From: Octopus vulgaris
Lineage: Eukaryota
NCBI GenBank assembly: GCA_951406725.2
Contig: OX597829.1
Location: 11,470,001 to 11,534,000 of the forward strand
Reading direction: 5' to 3'
Length of the DNA: 64,000 nt
Shown here: positions 13,725 to 27,821 of the stretch, piece by piece
Position numbering within the stretch: position 1 is the stretch's first letter
Layout of the letters: each line of letters begins with the position of its first letter
Notes under the pieces: generated by a model
What the model saw: the letters and a program-made list of their open reading frames with translations, nothing else
Told to the model about the DNA's origin: nothing
The model's database searches: none
Position numbers and translations under genes: made by a program

Positions 13725-16403
13725 TAAACCGAAAATTATGTTTGTTTTAAACCTTGAGATTACATAGAGAGTATTTTGCGTAGGATATGAGCAGTTCCCA
13801 TGAGCACTATCTTTTGAACTTCTGCCATTTTTGGGTTTCCTGGTATCTGAGTTAGGTAGCTATCAGCCCCTTTTGCTATCATTCCCAGGGCACCTATGAC
13901 AACAGGTATTGTTTTAGTCTTCAGCTTCCACAGTTTGCTGATTTCTATTTCAAGATCTTTATATTTGCTCAGTTTTTGGTAGGTCTTGACAGATACGTTT
14001 ATATCGATTGGGACAGTCATATCAATGAGGAGGCATGTTCTTTGTTTGAAGTCTTTCAATATGATGTCTGGACTATTTGCATCTATCTTCCTGTCAGTTT
14101 GAATGGTGAAGTTCCAGAGGAGTGAGATGTGGTCATTTTCAAGCACTGGGGGTGGTTTGTGTTCCCACCAGTTTTTTTCATGGGGCAAATCCAGGTTTTT
14201 ACAGATTACCCAGTGAATATATTGTGCAGCTCTATCGTGCCTGTTGAGATACTCTGTAGGCGGTAGAAGACTGCACTTGGAAACCACATGGTCAATGGTT
14301 TCATTTTGTTGCTTGCATACACGACACGTTGGACTGCTTCTGATCTTTAATATGTTGGCCTGGTAGTTTCTTGTTGGTAGGCATTGATCTTGAGCTGCTA
14401 TGATAAACCCCTCTGTTTCAGATTTTAAGCCAGAGGCCATTAGCCATTGATGGGTCAGGGCTTTGTCGATATCTGCATTATTCGCTCTCTTTGGGTATTT
14501 GCCATAGAGAGGTTTTTCTTGCCATTTATTATTCAGAATATCTAAGGCCGCAGTTTTGCCACGGGTTTTCATGCGCCTAGCTTTTTCTGTGCTTGTTTCT
14601 TGTATATCTATCTCTAATTCCGAAATTGGTTGTATTCGGAATTCACTTAGATATTCCTTTGCCTGTTTTGTGACTGAGTATGATGCTTTCTTGTTTTCAT
14701 GTTTTGAGACAAGTTTTAGCATCCAGTCCTCAGAGTTTTTCAGGTAGGTGTCTAGGCCAATTGTAGCAATCTTCATTGTTATTGCCAGTTGCAAAAGACC
14801 ACGGCCTCCCTCTTTTCTTGGCAGATAGAGTCGTTCTGTATCTGCCTTAGGGTGGTGCATTCTATGCATTGTCAACAGTTTCCTTATTTTTCTGTCGAGC
14901 TGACATATTTCAGTAATTGACCAGTTAACAATATTGAAACTGTAAGTCACGACTGGTATAGCTAATGCATTGATTGCTTCGATCCTGTTTCTTGCATTCA
15001 GCTCTGTCTTGAGTATTGCTCTCACTCTTCGATAGCATTCTCTCCTGATCCTTTCCTTCATCTCTGAATGCCTTATTCCGTTCCCTTCAATTAACCCTAG
15101 GTACTTGTAGCTCTCCGCTGGGTCTAGTTCTCTTATGACATTCTGTTGGTCAAGGTTAACGTTAGATGTTTCTGTCATTTTTCCTTTGATAAAGGTAGCC
15201 TTTGCACATTTATCGAGGCCGAATTGCATTCTGATGTCGTCACTGAATTGTTTGACTATCGCTAGTAAGCCCTTGAGTTGTTGATCATTTTTTGCAAAAA
15301 GCTTTAAATCATCCATGTAATCGAGATGATTTATATTTTTATCAAACATTTTATCCCGTACTGCGCGTCATTGAGCAGCTTTGAGAGAGGTATTAAGGAT
15401 AAACAAAAGAGGAGTGGTGACAGTGAGTCACCCTGGAAAATGCCACACGAAATTTTTACATCACCAGCATTTAGGGATTCACTGTCACTGTTCAGAGTTA
15501 GTGTGGTTCTCCATGATCTCATACTTACAGTCAAGAAGTTTCGCAGAGTTGGTGCTATCTTATACATTTCAAGGCATTTCCTAATCCAGCTATGTGGTAG
15601 GCTATCAAAAGCCTTTTTATAGTCTATCCAGGCTATTGATAAGTTTTTGTGTCGTTTGTGACAATCTTCTAAGATCATCTTATTGATGAGTAGTTGGTCT
15701 TTACAGCCGTAGGATCCACGTTTACATCCTTTCTGTTCATTAGGGAATATGCTGCTGTCTGTTAAAAAACTATAGGTATATTCCGTCAGGACAGATGTTA
15801 GTGTTTTGTACATAGTTGTTAAGCAGGTTATGGGTATATAGTTTTTTGGTTCATTTGTTTCTTCACTTTTTGGAAGCAGGAATGTTAACCCATTAACTAG
15901 CCAAGGAGGCATCCTACTAGGGTGTTGCAAAACATCATTGTACAGTTCTGTTAGCAGTTCATGGCTCTCTGGGAAGGCATTCAGCCAGAAGTTAGGAATT
16001 TTATCCTTTCCTGGAGACTTCCATTTGCTTGACCTCCTGAGAGCAGATCTTATATCTTCTACCTTGACACCCTCCCACTTTTGCTCTTCTAAGGGGTCCA
16101 GTTCTGTAGATATTCTGTCAATCCAGGGGCCTTTTCGTTGTGTGTTTTTTCTTCTGCCCAGATTTTATTCCAAAATCTCTGCACTTCTTCTTTTGATGAT
16201 ACAGACCCTGCAGTAAACGCTGTTTTTCCTATCTTCCTGTAAAAATTCTTGGTGTTATTTTTGAACATGTTGTTGTCCTTGAAAAATCTAAAACGCTTTT
16301 CATACCTCGCTATGCGGGCAGCTTTGGCAGATACCTTTTGTTTGATGGTTTCTATGGTGGCATCAATATCAAGTATAGTTTTCATATTGTATTTTTCAGT
16401 AAT
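13725..16403 (-). mobile_element. R4/Dong-like non-LTR retrotransposon (RT plus restriction-like endonuclease), frameshifted
   Basis: ORFs 16089..16385, 15331..15930 (WIDYKKAFDS, GIFQGDSLSP) and 13760..15349 (YMDD, CRVC..ETIDHVVSKC, RHD, PDII..LIDMTVP..KYKDL); 5' break at (TAA)n. Confidence 0.93.
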
Positions 16404-16424
16404 TTATTATTATTATTATTATTA

Positions 16425-16510
<86 letters not shown>

Positions 16511-17107
16511 GAGTGAGAAAGCAGTTCATGCCATCAAAGTGACACTGGGGTAAAATATACGAAGCCCAATATACCCATCATGACTACCTGTCTGATAAGG
16601 GTACACCAGGCACATGCATCACAACCATATGTGCGCGACATGGTGATCTCATATCAAGATAAACAGCACATGACCTTGCAGGTGGGACCCAGTTAGAATT
16701 TTCTTCAGGTTGAGTAGCCCATCCCGCTCAACAGGTCCCTGAATAAGAGTTGTTTAAGGATGTTGAAAGAAACACCCATGTTTCCAGAGGTGAATTATTC
16801 AAACCCCAAAGAATCCCTCATTTTTTATCACGTATTTTCACTTCACTACCGAGCGCAGTTCTGTGTGCCTTGGGTATGTGCTCAACCACCTACACGCTAA
16901 TAAATGAGCTGCGACGTCACTGGTGTCGAGCTGTATCGGCCTTTGCCTTTCCCTTGGATAATATCAGTGTCGTAGAGAGGGTAGGCTGGTATGCACGGGT
17001 GACTGCTGGTCTTCCATAAGCAACCTTGCTCAGACTTGTGCCTCGGAGGGTAACTTTCTAGGTGCAATCCCATGGTCATTCATGACCGGAGGTGGTCCCA
17101 ACAACAC

Positions 17108-17187
<80 letters not shown>

Positions 17188-17227
17188 TAATAATAATAAA
17201 ATATAATAATAATAATAATAATAATTA

Positions 17228-17310
<83 letters not shown>

Positions 17311-17338
17311 CATCATTATTATTATTACTATTATTATT

Positions 17339-17705
17339 TATTGTCTTTGCTTCTAATGTTGGAGATGTACTGCTGCCAGCTGTTCACTAGCAGTGTACTA
17401 AGGTAAACCCCCCCCCCTTATTTTTCGAGCACCATCCGGAGTATTCGAACGATTGCAACCAATGCTGTTTTCTGCAAGTGCTCCACTCTTATTGCAGTCT
17501 CTAATTGTTCCATGTACTTCTCGAGATTTTTACTCACTATTGCCAAGGCTCTGACAATTATTGGTACTACAACCAACTTTTTCATCGACTACAACTGCTT
17601 AACCTCCCAAGCTAACATATCATATCTCTCGACTTTTCTTTCTTCCTTATCGCAAGGCATGCTGTATCTATGATCCAGCATCGTTTGTTTTCTTTCTCAA
17701 TTAAC
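17339..17705 (-). mobile_element. Divergent RLE-LINE 3' fragment (third family)
   Basis: Minus strand encodes ENKRCWIIDTAC and a V.PIIVRALAIVSKNLEKY..QKTALV..VRILRMVLE-type tail; (TAA)n on both sides. Confidence 0.7.
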
Positions 17706-17713
17706 ACTATTAC

Positions 17714-17811
<98 letters not shown>

Positions 17812-17823
17812 TTATTATCATTA

Positions 17824-20314
17824 TTCAGTAGTTTTATTTTTATAGCGTGCTTTCACTTCACTACCGAGCGCAGCTCTGTGTGCCTTGGGTATGTGCTGTG
17901 ATTTGTTGTGATGCTCTGATGGTTATTGTATGGAAAGTGTTCTGCGTAGGATGTGTGCAGTGCCTAGTAGTGCAATTTTCTGTATGTTATATGTGTTTGT
18001 AAGTCCTGGTGTTTTTGTTATGTATTTGTCTGAATATTTTTTTATCATGCCTAATGCACTTACTATGATAGGAATTGTTTATGTTTTCAGGTTCCACATT
18101 CTAGTTATCTCTATTTCCAGGTCTTTGTATTTTGAGAGTTTCTCCATTTCTTTTAGAGACACGTTGTCATCTGCCGGTATTGATACATCAATTAGAAAGC
18201 ATTTTTTTCTTCATGATCTCTGACAACTATATCTGGTCTGTTGGCCTTAATTTCTCTATCTGTGTGTATCGGCATATCCCAGAGTATGGTTGCTTTCTCG
18301 TTTTCTGTGACCTTTTCTGGTGTGTGCCTATACCATCTTTTTTCTGTTGTTATTCCATAATGTTGGCATAGCTTCCAATGTATGTAGGTTCCAACTCTGT
18401 CATGTCTGTGAATATATTCCTTCTTAGCCAGGACTGGGCAGCTAGAGATAATATGATTTATTGTTTCTTGTCCATCTCCACATATTCTGCAGTTACTTGT
18501 AATATTTCTTTTCATTACATGTTTTTGGTAATTTCTGGTGGGGAGGCTTTGGTCTTGTGCTGCAATTAAAAATCCCTCTGTTTCTGCTTTGAGTCCTGAG
18601 CTTCTCAACCATTGCTGGGATTTTTCTTTGTCTATTTCTTTTGCGTTTAGTTTAGTGCAGTATTTACCATGAAGGGGCTTTTCTTGCCATCGTTTTATCA
18701 TGGCTCGTTGCTGTTCTATTTTTAGTTTGGATTTCATTTGTTTTATAGCTTTTGTTGTTTCTTCATCATCTTCTTCTTCTTCTTTGTGTTTATTAGGTGG
18801 TATGATTTCTTGTTTGTATTTGTCAGCTTCCTTAAATACTGAGAACAGTTTTTTGTTTTGCTCGTGTTTTGCTGCTATCTGGATCAGTTTTCCTTGCTTC
18901 TGAAGTAGGTATTTTTGCAGTCCTATGGTGGTTATTTTATAGTAGTTTTCCAGCTGTATAAGGCCTCTACCACCTTCTATACGTTGTATATATAGTCTTT
19001 CTATGTCAGATTTTGGGTGATGCATCCTAGATCCTGTCAGTATTTTTCTTGTTTTCCTATCTATTTTGGACAGTTCATTTCGTGTCCAGTTAAGGATATT
19101 GTAGCTGTAACTTATAACTGGGACAGCTAAAGTGCTGATACCTATTATCTTGTTTTTAGCATTGAGCTCTGTTTTTAGTATTGATCTAACTCGTCTATAA
19201 TATTCTTTTTTATTTTCTCTTTCATTTGTGTGTGTTGTGTCTTATCTAGTTCATGGATTCCTAAGTATTTGTAAGTTTGGCTTTGGTCTAATTCTTTTAT
19301 TTCATTGGTTTTATCTAGTGTGATGTTGTTACTCTTAACTAGATTTCCTCTTTTCATGGTTACTTTGGCGCATTTTTCTAATCCAAATTTCATATCTATT
19401 TCTTTGGTAAATCCATGAACTGTCTTTAATAGTGTTTCCAGCTGTCATTTGCAGCGTATAGTTTTAGGTCATCCATATATAAAAGGTGGATGATCGTTTT
19501 GCCGTAACATTTATATCCGCATCCAGTTCTATTTAGCATATCAGATAGAGGTGACAGTGCCAAGCAGAAAAGGAGTGGAGAGAGCGTGTCTCCCTGGAAT
19601 ATTCCTCTTCTAATGGGGATGTCTTTGGTTTTGACGAGTCCCTCTTTTGTTTGGAGGTGTAGGACTGTTTGCCATTTATTCATAGAGTGCTCTATGAATT
19701 TTATGATTGTTGGTGCTACTTTGTTAATGGCTAGTGTTTCGAGGATCCATGTGTGGAGGATGCTATCAAACGCCTTTTTGTAGTCAATCCAGGCCATACT
19801 GAGGCCTTTCTTCTTTCTGTGGCTGTCTTCAGTTACGGCTTTATTAATCATTAGTTGATCTTTACAGCCATATAAGCCTTTGCGGCATCCTTTCTGCTCT
19901 TCTGGGAACAGTTTGTTTTCGTCCAGGTGCTTGTTCAGCCTTTGCGATATCACTGCAGTAAATGCCTTGAACATAGTAGGGAGGCAGGTTGTTGGTCTGT
20001 AGTTTTCTGGTTTTGTTGTTTCATTTGATTTGGGAATTAAGATGGTTTTCCCCTTCGTGAGCCATTCAGGCATTGTCTCTGGCTCTGCTAGTATTCTGTT
20101 AAAGTTTTCAGCCAGCTTTTTGTGCATTCCTGTTAGATATTTCAACCAGAAGTTGGGGATCTTGTCATGCCCAGGTGCCTTCCAGTTGCTTAGTTTTTGC
20201 AGTGCCTGGGTGACCTCTTCAGTTGTTATGGGGGTCCAAAGTTGTTCAGATGCCGAGTTTGTTATTTTCATACTCCTTTCTTTTGGCTGTTCGTTCGCCG
20301 ACCATATTTCTCTC

Positions 20315-20315
<1 letters not shown>
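17824..20315 (-). mobile_element. R4/Dong-like LINE (family B), 5'-truncated and frameshifted
   Basis: ORFs 19426..20463 (KAPGHD, GIFQGDTLSP, LLYMDD), 19175..19393 and 18192..19025 (CRIC..ETINHIISSC, RHD, RPDIV); (TAA)n flanks. Confidence 0.93.
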
Positions 20316-20409
<94 letters not shown>

Positions 20410-20430
20410 GTTATTATTATTATTATTATA

Positions 20431-20843
20431 TGTTTGCTTTGTAGTTGTACAAGTTGACACCAAGTCTCACCCAGAGACCTCAAGTGACAACAAGTTAGAA
20501 GTTCATACTGGTGTTATGCCACGGGTGTCATATATTTGGTTTTGTACATACTGTTGTTCTAGAGAATGTTTAAGAAAACATGAAAATTATGAGTTTGTTT
20601 TAAAATTTGAGATTACATGGACAGTACTTTAGGTAGGATATGGGCAGTTCCCATAAGCACTATCTTTTGAATTTCTGCCATTTTGGGGTTTACTGGTATC
20701 TGTGCTAGGTAGCAATCGGCCCCTTTTGCTATCATTCCTAGGATACCTATAATAACAGGTATTGTTTTAGTCTTCAGGTTCCACATTTTGATGATTTCTA
20801 TTTCAAGATCTTTATATTTGCTCAGTTTTTGGTAGGTCTTGAC
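20431..20843 (-). mobile_element. R4/Dong-like family A 3' fragment
   Basis: Homologous to 12501-12925; bounded by (TAA)n and (TAA/CAA)n. Confidence 0.85.
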
Positions 20844-20927
20844 TTATTATTATTTTTGTTGTTGTTATTATTATTATTATTGTTGTTGTTGTTGTTGTTG
20901 TTGCTATTATTATTGTTATTGTTGTTG

Positions 20928-20964
<37 letters not shown>

Positions 20965-20990
20965 TATTGTTGTTGTTATTATTATTATTA

Positions 20991-21442
20991 TTCAGTACTT
21001 TTATTTTTATAACGTGCTTTCACTTCACTACCGAGTGCAGCTCCGTGTGCCTTGGGTATGTGTTGTGGTTTGTTGTGATGCTCTTATGGTTACTGTATTA
21101 AAAGTGTTTTGCGTAGCATGTGTGCAGTGCCCAGTAGTGCAATTTTCTGTATGTTATATATATTTGTAAGTCCTGGTGTTTTTGTTATGTGTTTGTCTGA
21201 ATTTTTTTTTATCATATCTAATGTGCCTACTATGATAGGAATTGTTTCTGTTTTTCTGATTCCACATTCGAGCTACCTCTATTTCCGGGTCTTTGTATTT
21301 TGAAAGTTTTTCCATTTCTTTTAGAGAATCGTTGTCATCTGCTGGTATTGATACATCAGTTAGAAAGCATTTTTTTCTTCATGATCTCTGACAACTATAT
21401 CTGACCTGTTGGCCTTAATTTCTCTATCTGTGTGTATTGGCA
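20991..21442 (-). mobile_element. R4/Dong-like family B 3' fragment
   Basis: Homologous to 17824-18275; bounded by TAA repeats. Confidence 0.85.
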
Positions 21443-22554
21443 TTATTATTATCATTATTATGTAATCGATGTAATCGACTTTTTCTCTCCCCTCAAAAAC
21501 TGCTGGCCCTGTGCCAAAATTTGCAACCGTTATTATCATTATTGATATATTTTAAGTGTTGTTTAGCTAACACCAATCGAGAAAAACTTACCTGATTTTT
21601 TAAATTATTGGATTTAAATCTCGAACGGGAAAAATATAATTCACGAATGACCTAGAAATCCAAGACATTTAAATCAATAATTTGGTATTTTTTACACAAT
21701 TAGTTAATATTACCAGTTTATGTAACTAATTTCAGTTGTTTTCTCTATCTTTCTATATTTCTTTTTCTCATTGATTCTATTTCTTTCTCCTTCTATTTTT
21801 GACTCTACGACCCTTGCTTTCACGCAACGACACTCTCTCCTTTTCTCTCCCCTCCCCTATCTTTCTCTCTATGTTGTGTGTGTGTGTTTAGTGTATGTAT
21901 GTGTTTGTGTGTGCATGCCTTGCTCCTAACACACGAAATACAGATACACATCTAAAATATATACTTTAAGCTCCGGAGATTACTACGTGTATGTTATCAC
22001 ATCCCCCTCTTGCCCTCTACTGAACAATGAGCCTATTGCACCAGCTGCACTCGTCCAATTCATTTAACTACCATAGCTACCGCTATATCTAAGTGAAGTG
22101 TCTCACCAACCATTTACACACCTTTCAGTACTCTGACTATCTCGTTACCATCTCGTAAATGGGGTCAGAGGTGAAGCAGTGTTACCATATCAGATAAGCT
22201 CAAATTCTCACAGTATTGCGTTATTTTTATGTTTGCTTTTAATGTTTATACGTAGGTTTCGATTTGTAAAGTTGTTACCTCTACAGCGTTTGGCCATACA
22301 TGGGGCAGTCTTCTCAAACAGAAAAGGCAATCGGCAACATTGTTAGATTGTAGGACAAAATTTCTTGCGATATTTGTTCCGGATCTCTGCTCTATAAGTT
22401 CAAATCCCACCAAGGTCGACTTTATTTTTTATTCTTTTGGAAATCGGTAAAAATAAAGTACCATTCAAATAGGTTGAGTTCTTTATTCTATTAAAAACAT
22501 TGTGACCTTGTGTCTATATTTGAAGCGATTATTGCGTCGTTGCCATAGCCTTAC

Positions 22555-22656
22555 CTTTCTTTGAGTCCTTAATTCCTTGATAGAGTCACAGAGGCAACAT
22601 GTAGTGTATCCTGGATATGTTTTGACCTGGAGCAGTTCGTTTCTGTTCAAGGATGT
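22555..22656 (-). CDS. Candidate 102-nt internal coding exon of an unidentified host gene
   Basis: Long polypyrimidine tract plus TAG acceptor, AAG|GTAAGG donor, only frame 0 open: TSLNRNELLQVKTYPGYTTCCLCDSIKELRTQRK. Confidence 0.45.
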
Positions 22657-22839
22657 CTACCAGAAAAGGTCAGACAGGCAAGCAGAAACAAACAAAAGGA
22701 AGGAAAGAAAGAAAGAAAGGACCCGGCAGGATTTGCATTTACGATACAATACAGAGAGCCAGAATGGTCACCGTTAAGTAAACCTTTCGGCCGCTCTATT
22801 GACTGTTAATCGGCCACCAATTATTCCCACAGCTCAATA

Positions 22840-22840
<1 letters not shown>

Positions 22841-22912
<72 letters not shown>
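22841..22912. repeat. (AGT)n microsatellite
   Basis: Direct reading. Confidence 0.95.
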
Positions 22913-23520
22913 TCTTGTGGTTGTTGTTTTGGAAGGAATGGTGTGGTAGAAAAAGAGAAATCCTTCACACATTAAATATCTTTAAGTACCTTGTCATTGT
23001 TGCTTAATCCTAGATCACCCGTGATCGTAGATCAAAAGGGTTCACTTCTGAAATACTTCGTTATTTAAACACTGTGGGGTATGATTTGAGGAAGTTTTAT
23101 GGTTATTTCTAGCAGGTCGAATGATTATACAGAAGCTCCTTTTCTGGCCTGCGGACATACAAAATCGATGTTGTTTTGGGGGGGTTGTTATTATTAGGGC
23201 AAAACAAAGCTATGATTAAAATTATTCCTACCATGACAACTCCATTTAATCAAGCATCATGCACATGTCTTTATTATCCAAAATGATTTCATATATCCTC
23301 ATCCTCAAAATGATATGGTATGATTCCTATTTCTAGAAATTAAGACTCAATACAGAAGCCTCCATCTTGTTCGTTTCTATACTGTTAAGTATACTTATAC
23401 CACTAGATGCATATAGAAAAATTTACAGACAATACATGATCAGTTTTATAGTTATATATTAAAAGAGATTGATTGAATAAAATACGATCCCGTTTACCGT
23501 TATACAAGATATATACATAC

Positions 23521-23602
<82 letters not shown>

Positions 23603-23636
23603 TGGAGTTGAACGACGAATTAGTAAAATTCCTTTA

Positions 23637-23719
23637 TTTTCGACATATGTTTCGAAGGCTGCATATTCCTAATTGCGAAGGAATAAGGAGTATATTATGC
23701 CGCTTTCTCATCAGGAAAA
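23637..23719 (-). ncRNA. Type I hammerhead ribozyme, canonical core, long stem II
   Basis: TTTTC-CTGATGA-GAAAGCGGCATA...TATGCAGCCTTC-GAA-ACATATGT-C-GAAAA; predicted GUC cleavage between 23642 and 23641. Confidence 0.8.
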
Positions 23720-23866
23720 GCAATGAACTTATGTCAACATCAAGATGCACAAAAAACTTTTAGATGACTGCTCACACGGAGCCCATAGCGATTATCGCTA
23801 TGGGCTCCGTGTGAGCAGTCATCTAAAAGTTTTTTGTGCATCTTGATGTTGACATAAGTTCGTTGC

Positions 23867-23949
23867 TTTTCCTGATGAGAAAGCGGCATAATATACTCCT
23901 TATTCCTTCGCAATTAGGAATATGCAGCCTTCGAAACATATCTCGAAAA
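23867..23949 (+). ncRNA. Mirror copy of the hammerhead, with G>C at 23942 (stem III mismatch, CUC triplet)
   Basis: TTTTC-CTGATGA...GAAACATATCTC-GAAAA. Confidence 0.65.
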
Positions 23950-24150
23950 TAAAGGAATTTTGTTAATTCGTCGATCAACTCCATTCTTTCATATATTTAT
24001 ATTTAAAAAAAAAATTTTTTTTAAACATACAGATTTCCACACGAAAGCACATAACTTCAACCGTGTCTTCTCTGATGTGAATTTGGTACCCAGGTATCGG
24101 TTAACCGAATAATCCATAACAAGATAATTCATTCAACTACTCAAATATAC

Positions 24151-24230
<80 letters not shown>

Positions 24231-24587
24231 GGAGTAAGCACATAAATGTGAAACAAGGTGTTATCCGCTCTTCGATTTAAGGTTTTTCATTGATGTTTTA
24301 TAATAGGATGAATTTATATTGAATTCATTTATTTTGTTTATTTTGTTTATCGCATGCTTAAAACCGTTATTTGAAAGGACCAATGAAACAAATCCATTTT
24401 TAAAGGTGTATCCTTTAACTAGTTTTATTCATATCGTTATTTCTGTTCTATTTTAACAAAACTGTCCGGCAAAGTGAAACTCTGAGTAACAGCTTTTGTT
24501 ATATCGCTGCTGCTTTTAAATAAAGTATATATATATATATATATATATATCCCGCCAGGAATTGTGTTTCTTTGATAGGCACTGACG

Positions 24588-24732
24588 TTGGGCTGTGTGG
24601 TAAGAAGTTTGCTTCTCTACCACATAGTTCCGACTTCAGTCCTACTGGCCAAGTGTCTTCTACGATAGCTCCGATTCGACCAAAGCCATGTGAGTAGATA
24701 TGGTCTTCGAAAGCTGAGAGAAGCCCGTCGTA
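24588..24732 (+). mobile_element. tRNA-derived SINE fragment
   Basis: GGCTGTGTGGTAAGAAG (A-box-like), decayed B-box, CAAGTGTCTTCTAC-ATAGC body; same family as 39120-39280 (-). Confidence 0.65.
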
Positions 24733-24967
24733 TATGTGTGTGTGCGCGCGCGTGTGTCTATGTGTCTATCATTAAGTTTGTATTGTTTGTTCGTCACTAC
24801 TGCTTCAGAACCGGTATTGATCTCAGGGTCTTTCATGGTAGTGTTCCAGCATGATTGTAGTTCAATGATTGAAACAAAGGATAAAAGATATATGTGTGTG
24901 TATATATGAATATATGTGTTCATATGCATGTATATATGTATTTATATATACACATATATATATATAA

Positions 24968-27821
24968 CGGGAAGCTTTATGAAAATAGACAAAAGACGAA
25001 GGCAGGTTTACGGAAATAAACAAAAGACGAAGGCAGGTGGAATACAAACAAACAATTGTATTAGTATGGCGCTCAGGAAATATAAATGAAACAAGTCTTT
25101 AACGTTTCGAGCCTACGCTCTTCAACAGAAAGATACACAGAGAAAAAAAACACAGAAAGAAGGAGAGAAAAAAATATGCGTGCAAAAGCTAGCGAATCAA
25201 CATGGCGATCTGATTTCGGCCAGAAGTCAAAGATCAAACATGAGACGCAAGAGCGAAATTAGGGGAGATAATAGGGTTGAATGACCCCGCTCAAACATAA
25301 GAGTGTGTGTGTGTGTGTGTATGAGAAGAGTGTGTGTGTGTGTATGAGAGAGTATTAGTGCGTATGAGATGTCTAGACGTGTGTATGTATATATGATGTG
25401 ATGTGTAAAGTCGTATGGTGTAGTGTAGAGAGAGGAGAAGAGGGGGGGGGGAGGGGAGGGGAGGGGAGAGGTGAGAGGTGAGGGCAGGGGTGAGGGGGAG
25501 AAAGAAAGGGGAGAAGAGGGGAAAAGGAAAGGGGAGAAGAGGAGGGGAAGGGGTGGGGGAGAAGGAAGGAGAGGAGAAGAGGAGAAGAGGAGAAGAGGAG
25601 GGGAGGGGAGGAGGGAGGATAGAGGGAGAGGGGGAGAGAGAGAGAAGGGGAGTGAGGGAGCAGAGGGAAGGGGAAGAGGGAAGAAGGAGGGAGAAAGAGG
25701 GAAGAAGGGAAGAGGAGTAGGGGTGAAAGGATGAAGGACTGAAGAGAAGTAGGGGTCGGGGGTAGGTTAGATGAGGAGGGGGAGAGGGGGTTAGATGAGG
25801 AGGGGGGAGAGTTGAGCCGGAGAGCATGGTTGGTATCGTGGATGTGGGAGGGAAGAGATGCCACTAGGGGGGCAAGGACACGGTCGAGGTATTTAGAGAT
25901 GAGCTCCGTGGGGCAGTTACAGGCGGAGACGATGGGGCGGCCAGGGTTGTTGGGTTTGTGGATTTTGGGGAGGAAGTAAATGGTGGGGGTACGTGGGGTT
26001 CGCACAATTAGGTTGGATGAGGTGTGGGGGAGACGGGAGGACGAGATGAGGTTGCGGACAGTAGAGGATACCGTCTGTTGGTAGCTACGTGTGGGGTTAG
26101 AGGACAGAGGGGAGTAGAAGGAGGTGTCATTGAGTTGGCGGAAAGCCTCGGCCCTGTAGAGGTCCGCGCGCCACACCACTACAGCTCCACCTTTGTCAGC
26201 CGGTTTGATGATAATGTCAGCGCGCCGTTGGAGGGAACGAAGAGCCGAGAGCTCAGCCGGGGAGATGTTGAGGCGGCGTTGGCGCCTGGAGAAGTTGAAC
26301 CGCTCCAATTCACGCTGACAAGCGCCCGCGAAAAGATCCACTGCTAGGAACTGGCCGGGGGCAGGCGTCCACGGGGATGGTCGGTGACCCAGGTCAGTGA
26401 AGCAGTCCTCTTCGTTGGATGTGGGTGGTGAGTCGCGGTAATGCGCACCCAACCGGACGCGGCGCACAAAGCTGTGGACATAAACTCGCGTCTGGAATTC
26501 CTTACAGGATGGAGTGAGGGGGATGAAACGCAGACCCCTACTAAGGACGGAGCGTTCCGCCGCAGAGAGGGGAAGATCGGGGGGATGGTAACAACAGACG
26601 GAAGTGGAGAAGGGGTGGGTGGAATAGAAGTAGGAGGGATGGTAGGGCTCGTGGAGGTCTGAGGGGGGATTGGGGAGGTGTGTGGGGGTGGTTGGGAGGG
26701 GCAGTAGGGTTAGCTGTAGGTGGATGGAGCCTATCAGGAGGGGAGAAGGGGTTGTTGGGAGGCACAGTGGGGTTAGGTGTGGGTGGATGGAGCCTATCGG
26801 GAGGGGAGAAGGGTAGTGGAGGAGTTGGGGTGGTGGCGTCGGGTGTGGTGGAATGGAGGAGTGATTGGAGTTTACGAAGTTTGGTATCGGAAAGAAATTG
26901 ATGGATGAGGTGGTTCAAGTGGATAATGAAGCGTAGCGTGTTTGGAGCATAGAAAGGCGGCAGAGAGGAGAAAAACATGAGGAAAGCAGGAGGAAGAAGG
27001 CGGTTGATGGTATGTACTTTAGAGAGATTGGAGCGAATGGTGGCCCGCATAAGGCGGTAAGATGTGGTGCGGAGTATGGGTAAGATGGAAGAATCCGAGT
27101 GGAGAGCAGGGTGGAAGTGGAGGCGGAAACCTTTAGGGATGAGTCGGTGATGTAGGCAGCGACTTAGGAAAGAGACATGGCTAGAGAAGCGGGTTTTTTT
27201 AAAAAGAAGTAGGGAGAGATTAATGGACGGCTGAACACAGTTTAAGAGGAGAGGGCGGAGGTAATCCTTCAAACGATGATGGATAGTGAGGAGGTAGGAC
27301 CTATAATCAGGCATGATGGGATAGCGAAAAAAAAGGGAAAAAACAAACGTTCGAAAAAAACAACAAAAAAATAATAATCGTATGAAAAAACTAGATAAAA
27401 AAGCGGTAGTGGCAGAAAATAAAGACGGAGAAGATGGGGCAAACGGAAAAAGGAAAGAAAGAAGAGAAGCAGAGAGAGGGGGAGGCAAAAAAAGAGGGTG
27501 CAGGCAGAGGAAACAGAGTATGGACATCCAGAGAAGGAAGAAACGACGGAAAGGAGGACAAAACTGCAGGAAAATGTGGAAAGCATGAAATGAATGTACA
27601 CGAAGGACTGCAAGCACTTCAACACTTTCTTGACCTCCGCTCCAACCCTGAACCTGACACCTCCACACTCATTCGTCTGGCCGAACTTGTCCTTACTCTT
27701 AACTGCTTCTCGTTCACGGGCGAGTTCTACCATCAGTTCTCGGGAGTGGCCATGGGAACGCGAATGGGTCCCAACTATGCGAACCTGTTCGTTAGCTATG
27801 TTGAGGCCCAAATATTCTATC

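Larger units (their letters stand above)
23600..23986. repeat. Near-perfect 387-bp palindrome centred on 23793, with one hammerhead motif per arm
   Basis: Centre GCCCATAGCGAT-T-ATCGCTATGGGC; the arms differ at only a few positions; left end abuts (TA)n. Confidence 0.95.

Noticed and set aside
16511-17100. Two probable interspersed repeat fragments between TAA tracts
   Set aside because: They look repeat-like but have no second copy or diagnostic motif in the window, so they could not be classified.
24463-24493. CTGT...GAAACTCTGAGTA-ACAG half-hammerhead
   Set aside because: Stems III and I are plausible but the CUGANGA strand is absent; at most a relic.
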